From an uncultured Opitutales bacterium (GTDB lineage Bacteria; Verrucomicrobiota; Verrucomicrobiia; Opitutales; Intestinicryptomonadaceae), in assembly GCA_934660865.1 (NCBI GenBank), contig CAKUIA010000007.1:73016-105015 (forward strand): a DNA stretch of 32,000 nucleotides. The letters are read 5' to 3'. This document shows, piece by piece, positions 26,401-32,000 of the stretch; the first letter of the stretch is position 1; the number at the start of each line of letters is the position of its first letter. The notes under the pieces are model-generated. The model made no database searches, was not told the origin of the DNA, and saw only the letters and a program-made list of their open reading frames with translations. Made by a program: the position numbers and the translations under genes.

Positions 26401-26417
26401 AAAGTGGCGGGATGGAC
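26397..26417. repeat. Direct-repeat copy 2: TTTTAAAGTGGCGGGATGGAC
   Basis: Identical to 26259-26279. Here it continues into genuine tRNA T-arm sequence. Confidence 0.8.
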
Positions 26418-26448
26418 GAGACTCGAACTCGCGACCTCCTGCGTGACA
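26405..26448 (-). tRNA. tRNA-Asp(GUC) 3' half only (anticodon loop U33 to CCA), a truncated tRNA / att junction rather than a functional gene
   Basis: The minus strand reads TGTCAC-GCAGG-AGGTC-GCGAG-TTCGAGT-CTCGT-CCATCCC-G-CCA. It matches the layout and most bases of the E. coli tRNA-Asp 3' half (CTGTCACGCAGGGGGTCGCGGGTTCGAGTCCCGTCCGTTCCGCCA). There is no complementary CCTGC, D arm or GGGATGG acceptor 5' strand upstream. Confidence 0.8.
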
Positions 26449-26646
26449 TCTAGTTACAGCAATCTTTGGTATCCGTGCAACTTTTATTAAGGCGTCGCGA
26501 AAAGGGTCAAACCACAAAGCAAGTTCCGAGCATTCTCGCCAAATTATGTGCGAATAATAACTGTCAAAAGGCAGTTTTTGCAAGCATATTTTTTGCGAAC
26601 AAGCAAAGATTTTTCTCGCTTAAACTAGGTTTATATTGTCGGCATT

Positions 26647-27861
26647 TTAAATATACGAAACGGGAATTGCCGCAACGTTTCTATTCATCGGGACCAACTG
26701 CGGGTGCAGGCAAATGATTGCCCCCTCTCCTATTTGCTTGTTTCCCTTCATCGATTCCAGAATGTCGAAATTTTTCATGTCGTTTGCGGTTGGTGTTGCA
26801 GTCCGCTTTATTTCAATCGGGTAAAGCGTCATATTCTCCTCCAAGATAAGGTCGATTTCCTTTCCGTCCTTGTCTCGGTAAAAAAACATGTTCGGCGACA
26901 ATCCGTTGTGGATATAACTTTTTATGATTTCCGAAATAGCATAAGTTTCCATCAATGCGCCCGACATTATTCCGTCGCGCGCCGAAACGGAATCCATTAT
27001 GCGGCAAAGATAACATACAAGCCCCGTATCATAAAAATAAAGTTTTGGCGTTTTTATTACACGTTTTGTAATATTGTTTGAGTATGGATACAATAAATAG
27101 ATAAGCCCAGATGTATTCAGCACGGATATCCACGATTTTATAGTAGCAACCGACACGTCGCAATCGCGTGCCATGTCGCTATAATTTAACAGCTGCCCTG
27201 TTCTCGCGGCAGCAACCGAGAGGAATTTTATAAAATTTCCTTCCTGCGTAATGTTCAGAATTTGCTTTACGTCTCTTTCGATATACGTCGAAACATAGGA
27301 GCGATAGAAGTATTGCCAATCGGCATCTTTATTTGCAACAACGGCAGGGAATGAACCTTTGAATATCGTATCGTAAAGAGAATTAAGGTCGAACGGCGGA
27401 ATTTCGCTGGTTGAGTTCAAGCTCGGCAAAAACTGTTTCCGGTTAGGCATTTTCGCTTTTTCGGATTGCGACAAACCCTGCAATTCGAGAATTCCAACTC
27501 GTCCCGCAAGGCTTTCGGTTACGTTTTTCATGAGGGTAAAAACCTGCGAACCCGTCAGCCAAAAAGCTCCAGGCTTCTTTTCTTTGTCTACAATCATTTT
27601 TATGTATGGAAACAGCTGAGGAGCATATTGAACCTCGTCTATCAATATCGGGGCTTTGTAGGTTGAAAGGAAAAGCTGCGGGTCATTTTGAGCCAACGTT
27701 CGCAGCATTGGGTCGTCTAAGGTAATGTAGGTTCTCTTTTCGCTTTTTGCCGACTCAAATATTGTTGTTTTGCCGACCTGCCTCGGCCCTGTTATCAGCA
27801 CAACCGGGAAAAATTTTGAAGCTTTTGCGATATATGGAGATAGGGTTCTTTCTAAATACAT
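26647..27861 (-). CDS. AAA+ ATPase (AAA_14-type) with DUF4143 and a C-terminal PD-(D/E)xK-like motif
   Basis: The track ORF extends to 27954. The ATG at 27861 (MYLERTLSPYI...) gives the usual ~400-aa length. It has Walker A GPRQVGKTT, Walker B ILIDEVQ and a C-terminal KEIDLILE...IEIKRT. Confidence 0.8.
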   Translation of the reverse strand: MYLERTLSPYIAKASKFFPVVLITGPRQVGKTTIFESAKSEKRTYITLDDPMLRTLAQNDPQLFLSTYKAPILIDEVQYAPQLFPYIKMIVDKEKKPGAFWLTGSQVFTLMKNVTESLAGRVGILELQGLSQSEKAKMPNRKQFLPSLNSTSEIPPFDLNSLYDTIFKGSFPAVVANKDADWQYFYRSYVSTYIERDVKQILNITQEGNFIKFLSVAAARTGQLLNYSDMARDCDVSVATIKSWISVLNTSGLIYLLYPYSNNITKRVIKTPKLYFYDTGLVCYLCRIMDSVSARDGIMSGALMETYAISEIIKSYIHNGLSPNMFFYRDKDGKEIDLILEENMTLYPIEIKRTATPTANDMKNFDILESMKGNKQIGEGAIICLHPQLVPMNRNVAAIPVSYI

Positions 27862-27901
27862 GAAGACAGTTTGAGCAATGCCCCACCAAAATGCAAGTAT
27901 A

Positions 27902-27942
27902 TTTTCGGCTAATTCGAAGCAATGCTTTAAATTAGCCGAAAA
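27902..27942. promoter_or_regulatory. Perfect 12-bp inverted repeat upstream of the DUF4143 ATPase gene
   Basis: TTTTCGGCTAAT (27902-27913), a 17-nt spacer, then ATTAGCCGAAAA (27931-27942), 41-81 nt upstream of the preferred start. Confidence 0.35.
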
Positions 27943-28036
27943 CCGCAAGGGCATATTTTCTCGGTTTGTTCGGAATTTTCAAAATATGCGAATGGACTAC
28001 CCGCAAATATTCGCGGAAAACGCATATAAATAGCGT

Positions 28037-28090
28037 AAAAAGTCCCCAGACGATTTATCTAACGAGAACTCAGATACATAAGCTGGGGAC
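28037..28090 (-). terminator. Stem-loop plus U-run downstream of the RecA-fold ATPase gene
   Basis: The minus strand reads GTCCCCAG...(inner TATCT/AGATA pairing)...CTGGGGAC followed by TTTTT (28041-28037). Confidence 0.45.
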
Positions 28091-28150
28091 ACATGTTTTT
28101 GTTGGGAAAAACCAATTTCATTAAGGTTAGTGTCTTAACTCAATTACATT

Positions 28151-29470
28151 CTACTTGTTGCGCAAATGCACACCAAGCTTTTCCCACTTCTCGGAATCGT
28201 AGGGAGTTATTGCAAATGGTCGCATATAACGCGAATTTAATGAACTTTCAATCCAGTCGAGCCTGTATTCAAATTCGTCCAAAAAGTCATTGCCTATCCA
28301 TAAGGTTTCAGAACTTATACCACTTAGACCACCTGTTTTGCATTTCTTAGACCAATTTTCCACTTCATTTATTCCTAAATTCCTAGCTTTATCAGTAGAT
28401 TTTTTGATTGATGCCTTCAAGTTGGTAAATCTCTGGGATAACTCCTTGAATTTATTTAAGTCGTCAACCGTTAGAACGTGAATATAACGATTCTCTTTTC
28501 TAATACCATTCCAAATGGTTCTCACAGATTTGCCTTTCAATGCATTAAACGTTCCTTGCACGATTTTTTTAATATAATCATCTTCTATTGCCGACTTTAT
28601 CGACATTGGCAGAAAATTAAACCCCAAGTTGTGGTAATCAGCATAAAGATTCTGCGATGCCGTTAGGCGTTTTTCTTCCGCCCTAGGAGTATATCGAATT
28701 TCAAAATAATATGGCTCACGCGCCGATTCCGAATAGGATAAATAAAATGGAGTACCTTTAAACTTCTCTCCAAGTTTGTTGGCATTTTTTGTGTAGCGCA
28801 ATTCGACAACACCATTTGCATTTGGAACTGGATTAAGATTGAATGTTGAACGTGCGCTATCACCCCACTCCGACAAACCTTTTGATTCGTGCGCCAAACT
28901 GGTATATTTCTCGGCAAGCCTTTTACCTTGGTGCGTTACGAGGAACAATGCGGCTTTGCCTTTTATTATTTTTAGCGACTCGTTAATAAATCCCTTTACT
29001 TGCTCTATTCGACTTCTATTGACATAAAGACGGTTTATATTGTCGATAACGATTGCTTCGTAGCCATCGTCTACGGCTTTTTGTAATTCTTTAAGATACT
29101 GGTCTTTCCCGCACCAAGAGCTAAAATCATCGTCGATGTATAGATTTTTGCTTATCGTTTTTTGAGAATCTTTACTAAAAGAGCTGTGTTTGCGAATTCC
29201 CGCTTTCAAATCGGCTTGGTCCTCCGCATTGTATTCCAAAAGGACCAATAGCGTCTTAACCGGTCTCAAAACGGGAACATTGCCATATAAATTTCTTCCG
29301 GCAGCCAAGTCATAAGCAAAATCCGTTGCAAATACTGTCTTTCCAATGCTTGTTGGCCCTATTATCAAGACAATCTCGCCAAGCGAAACGAAATTTTCGC
29401 CGATTACATAATTTTTAATTCTTGTCGCCCGTTTTATTTGCACTGGGGCTGTAGAAAATTTCTTATACAT
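28151..29470 (-). CDS. RecA-fold ATPase of the RepA/AAA_25 type with an uncharacterised ~180-aa C-terminal domain
   Basis: The N-terminal ~260 aa contain VIGENFVSLGEIVLIIGPTSIGKTVFATDFAYDLAAG (Walker A plus the AAA_25-like context), LLVLLEYNAED, a Walker B-like YEAIVIDNINRL, and ALFLVTHQGKR. I cannot assign the C-terminal part (from about EKRLTASQNLY to the end). It is the most AT-rich gene in the window. Confidence 0.65.
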   Translation of the reverse strand: MYKKFSTAPVQIKRATRIKNYVIGENFVSLGEIVLIIGPTSIGKTVFATDFAYDLAAGRNLYGNVPVLRPVKTLLVLLEYNAEDQADLKAGIRKHSSFSKDSQKTISKNLYIDDDFSSWCGKDQYLKELQKAVDDGYEAIVIDNINRLYVNRSRIEQVKGFINESLKIIKGKAALFLVTHQGKRLAEKYTSLAHESKGLSEWGDSARSTFNLNPVPNANGVVELRYTKNANKLGEKFKGTPFYLSYSESAREPYYFEIRYTPRAEEKRLTASQNLYADYHNLGFNFLPMSIKSAIEDDYIKKIVQGTFNALKGKSVRTIWNGIRKENRYIHVLTVDDLNKFKELSQRFTNLKASIKKSTDKARNLGINEVENWSKKCKTGGLSGISSETLWIGNDFLDEFEYRLDWIESSLNSRYMRPFAITPYDSEKWEKLGVHLRNK

Positions 29471-29613
29471 AACGAATCCGTCTAGATGCTGGTTAACTTA
29501 AGTTTTAATAGTTTTAGAAAATATCTACTGACTTGTAAAGCTTTTAGTTCCAATCTCCACGAGAGTTCTTTTGTATGCGTAAGAATGTGTCTGGCATATT
29601 TATGACACAACTC

Positions 29614-29635
29614 AAATCACTATATACAGTGATTT
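29614..29635. promoter_or_regulatory. Candidate HipB operator: perfect 8-bp inverted repeat
   Basis: AAATCACT-ATATAC-AGTGATTT, about 55 nt upstream of the hipB ATG. An extra half-site, AAATCAC, is at 29673-29679. Confidence 0.4.
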
Positions 29636-29689
29636 AGCTTGACTTTTGCAGGCGATTGCCGATTTTTAAGGGCAAAATCACAATATTAT

Positions 29690-29911
29690 ATGAATACAAT
29701 CTCAAGTCGAATTAAAGAGCGAAGAAAGTCTCTGGGTATAACGCAAGACGAGCTTGCTTCCTTGGCGGGAATTCACAAAAACACATTGTGTAAAATCGAA
29801 CAAGGTAAAGAAAATCCGAGGTTGGACGTTCTATATAAGATATGCGACATTCTCGGATTCGAGATTTCGTTAAAAGTAAAATCGCCAAATACGGAGGATT
29901 CAAATGCGTAA
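29690..29911 (+). CDS. hipB: XRE-family HTH protein, HipB of a HipBST module
   Basis: The track ORF starts at a TTG at 29639; I prefer the ATG at 29690 (MNTISSRIKERRKSLGITQDELASLAGIHKNTLCKIEQGKENP, a Cro/C1-type HTH). It overlaps hipS by 8 nt. Confidence 0.75.
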   Translation: MNTISSRIKERRKSLGITQDELASLAGIHKNTLCKIEQGKENPRLDVLYKICDILGFEISLKVKSPNTEDSNA

Positions 29912-30230
29912 GGCAAATGTGTATTTAAACAAAACTCTGGCGGGAAAGCTGACGGAGTGCGCGCCAAACAAATATGTATTCGCTTACGATAAAAACTATC
30001 TGATCAATCCCGATACTCCTCCGATAAGCGTAACATTACCGAAGCGCGAACAACCTTTTGAATCGGACAGGCTGTTCCCTTTTTTCGCCAACATGCTCCC
30101 CGAAGGCGCAAACAAGGCGATTCAGTGCAGGCTGCTGAAAATCGACGAGAATGATGCGTTCGGACATTTACTGGCAACCGGAAAGATGGACGGCATCGGC
30201 TCCGTCAGGGTAGAGGAATGCAATGATTAA
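29904..30230 (+). CDS. hipS: HipS-like protein (stand-alone HipA N-terminal subdomain)
   Basis: 108 aa. VYLNKTLAGKL...FAYDKNYL...PISVTLP...LFPFFANMLPEG...LLATGKMDGIGSV matches the HipA N-terminal (Couple_hipA) pattern. It overlaps hipT by 8 nt. Confidence 0.75.
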   Translation: MRKANVYLNKTLAGKLTECAPNKYVFAYDKNYLINPDTPPISVTLPKREQPFESDRLFPFFANMLPEGANKAIQCRLLKIDENDAFGHLLATGKMDGIGSVRVEECND

Positions 30231-31200
30231 AATCTCCCGATGCCCATCGACACTGAAAGACGGGTTCTCCGAATATTCGCCGTCTGCCAAACAAAGTTTA
30301 TTCGGCGGCAAAGACGTAAGTTGCGTTCTGCCTTATTTACCGCCTTCTTCCAGCGAAAAGGCAAAAACGCAATTTCTTGAAAACAGAGAAGCCCTGTCGA
30401 TTTCCGGAGCGCAGGAAAAATTCGGTATAATCCAGAAAAAGAACAAACTGTTTCTTTCCGCTCAGGGTGAGCAGTCCACGCATATTTTAAAGCCGCAGGT
30501 TCGCGATTTGCAAAACGGAGACCAGACATGCGCAAACGAACATTTGACAATGCAAATAGCATCGCAGATTTTCGGGATAAAAACCGCTGCAAACGCGATA
30601 TGTTTCTTCCAAAACGGAACGCCTGCATACATCACCCGCCGCTTTGATGTAACCAAGAACGGCAAGTTGAGAATGGAGGATTTTGCTTCGATTATCGGGA
30701 AAACTCCGAACGACGGACATAACTTTAAATATAATTCCAGCTATGAAGACATCGCAATTTCAATACGCAAATACATTCCGGCTTGGCGAATCGAAATTGT
30801 AAAATTCTTCAAGCTTGTTTTGTTTAACTATATCGTGGCGAATGGCGATGCCCATTTGAAAAACTTCGCAATCTTGGAGACTCCTTTCGGCGACTCCATA
30901 TTGTCGCCCGCCTACGATTTGATGAATACCGCATTGCACATCAACGATGCCCCTTTCGCGTTGTCAAGCGGCCTATTTAAAGACGAGCCAATGACGGAAT
31001 TTTCCCGCGAAACATTCCGCCGATTCGCAATAAAGATAGGTCTTAGCGAACAAAGCGCAGATAGAATCCTGTCTGATTTCATTTCTGGAAAAACATTAGA
31101 TAAAATGGAAGCTCTCGCAGCAAAATCCTTCCTGCGTCCGACAATGCAGAAACGCTATCTTTCAATAGTTCGCAAGCGAATGGAAATCTTGAAACAGTAA
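30223..31200 (+). CDS. hipT: HipT-like Ser/Thr kinase toxin (HipA C-terminal kinase core)
   Basis: 325 aa with a Gly-rich loop LSISGAQEKF (S59-I-S61), a catalytic loop NGDAHLKNFA (D209) and a Mg-binding SPAYDLMNT (D232). Confidence 0.8.
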   Translation: MIKISRCPSTLKDGFSEYSPSAKQSLFGGKDVSCVLPYLPPSSSEKAKTQFLENREALSISGAQEKFGIIQKKNKLFLSAQGEQSTHILKPQVRDLQNGDQTCANEHLTMQIASQIFGIKTAANAICFFQNGTPAYITRRFDVTKNGKLRMEDFASIIGKTPNDGHNFKYNSSYEDIAISIRKYIPAWRIEIVKFFKLVLFNYIVANGDAHLKNFAILETPFGDSILSPAYDLMNTALHINDAPFALSSGLFKDEPMTEFSRETFRRFAIKIGLSEQSADRILSDFISGKTLDKMEALAAKSFLRPTMQKRYLSIVRKRMEILKQ

Positions 31201-31219
31201 CACCCTCCCAACGAAATAA

Positions 31220-32000
31220 GATAATTCATATTATGAGAAGGTTGTAGAGAATGGGAAGGAGACAATCCGCGACATCACTGCCGAAATCCCCTTCGATATA
31301 CCAGAAACTTGGGCTTGGGCAAGATTAAGTAGCATAAGTGAAGAAATTAGTGCTGGAGGAGACAAACCAATTATATTTTCAAAAGAAAAGACTACGGAAA
31401 ATGTGATTCCCATTTACTCTAACGGTCTGGAAAAGGAAGGATTGTATGGATACACAGATGTTCCAAGAATAGATAGAACGGCAATCACATTATCAGCAAG
31501 AGGAACTATAGGATATCCTTTTGTTCGTGAAGGCAACTTTGTCCCAATAATAAGATTAGTAGCAATTGTTCCTATAAGAGGACTCTTTAATCTTTCTTTC
31601 CTTTATTATATATTGTTCACGAGAAGATTAACCTCTGATGGATCTAGTATCCCACAACTTACAGTACCTTCTGTGAGACCATATATACTTCCTGTTCCGC
31701 CTTTAAACGAGCAAAGGCGAATTGTGTCAACTATAGAAGGTTTGGCAAATCATATTGCAGATATAAATGAGGAATACGATACGCTTTCAGCTAAAATTGC
31801 TCAAACGAAGTCTAAGCTCCTAGACCTCGCAATACGAGGCAAACTACTATCCCAGAATTCAAATGATGAACCGGCATCGGTGTTATTGGAACGCATTCGC
31901 AAGGAACAAGAAGTAACCAAAACAAAGCGGCGCAAAAGCGTTGGTTCGTATATCTTCAAAGGCGAAGATAACCTATATTATGAGCAGATAGGCTCCGAAA
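31220..32000 (+). pseudogene. hsdS: Type I restriction-modification specificity subunit (HsdS) fragment without a start codon; runs off the right edge
   Basis: Hand translation (frame of 31220) gives DNSYYEKVVENGKETIRDITAEIPFDIPETWAWARL...IPQLTVPSVRPYILPVPPLNEQRRIVSTIE...KSKLLDLAIRGKLLSQNSNDEPASVLLERIRKEQE...EDNLYYEQIGSE. That is a TRD plus the coiled-coil conserved region. An in-frame TAA lies at 31217-31219 and no ATG occurs in the frame; the only in-frame alternative start, a GTG, lies inside the TRD. Confidence 0.7.

Larger units (their letters stand above)
26449..32000. mobile_element. Left part of a putative genomic island integrated at tRNA-Asp (other end beyond the window)
   Basis: It starts exactly at the tRNA half-site. 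There is a visible drop in GC: a hand count gives 19/60 G+C at 28981-29040 versus 34/60 at 13201-13260. The cargo is ATPase/nuclease, RecA-fold ATPase, hipBST and an hsdS fragment. No integrase lies in the window. Confidence 0.55.

Noticed and set aside
25845-26583. Small ORFs in the non-coding hotspot (25845-26069 minus, 26038-26355 minus, 26209-26490 plus, 26246-26446 plus, 26356-26583 minus)
   Set aside because: They overlap one another, cross the tRNA fragment, terminator hairpins and the transposase stub, and have no recognisable motifs. They most likely arise by chance in decayed DNA.
28093-28350. 85-aa + strand ORF downstream of the island hairpin
   Set aside because: It mostly overlaps the 3' end of the 439-aa ATPase gene on the other strand. 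It begins inside the terminator region and has no recognisable features.
29904-31200. hipS plus hipT as a frameshifted hipA pseudogene
   Set aside because: hipT has its own ATG in an 8-nt overlap, identical in style to the hipB/hipS junction. The sizes (108 and 325 aa) match the described HipS and HipT, and the catalytic motifs are intact. I prefer a genuine split system, but this should be confirmed by alignment.
31231-31413. 60-aa minus-strand ORF at the start of the hsdS region
   Set aside because: It is antisense to a frame with unmistakable HsdS TRD and coiled-coil sequence, and it has no motifs of its own.
1-32000. CRISPR arrays, rRNA genes, intact tRNAs, integrase or recombinase genes
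   Set aside because: I looked for regularly spaced direct repeats, rRNA-like conserved blocks, and R..H..R..Y integrase-like ORFs. None are present in this window.

Overview
Bacterial chromosomal window with a roughly 50% GC core (positions 1-25,800) followed by a more AT-rich mosaic segment (26,449-32,000) that looks like a tRNA-associated genomic island. The taxon cannot be determined from sequence alone. The gene content is a TAT-signal Gfo/Idh/MocA oxidoreductase, a ThuA-like protein, secreted beta-helix and TIM-barrel glycosidases, and a gldAFG-like ABC module. That mix resembles glycan-degrading PVC-group, Fibrobacteres or Bacteroidetes-type genomes.

Core, minus strand, 15,581 down to 1: one tightly packed co-directional block. 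It encodes a transglutaminase/TPR lipoprotein, a TAT oxidoreductase, a ThuA-HEAT fusion, a secreted beta-helix enzyme and an ACP-like protein. These are followed by an ABC ATPase, an ABC-2 permease, a GldG-like protein, a DUF4340 protein and a large AsmA-like protein. The AsmA-like ORF is absent from the ORF track because it runs off the left edge; I translated it by hand.

The rest of the core holds a small lipoprotein, thi4-thiE, a clan GH-A-like glycosidase, a GNAT+DUF2156 pair, a YgiQ radical-SAM protein and an OprO/P-like porin divergent from a metallophosphoesterase.

At 25.9-26.45 kb there is an ISL3-like transposase C-terminal remnant, two copies of a hairpin plus tRNA-3'-end junction, and an orphan 3' half of tRNA-Asp(GUC) broken in the anticodon loop. 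Beyond it lie an AAA+/DUF4143 ATPase, a very AT-rich RecA-fold (AAA_25-like) ATPase with an unassignable C-terminal domain, a complete tripartite hipB-hipS-hipT kinase toxin-antitoxin operon, and a start-less hsdS fragment.

No CRISPR array, rRNA or intact tRNA is visible. The best candidates for something new are the island cargo and the ACP/ABC/AsmA envelope operon. Neither can be proven novel from sequence alone.
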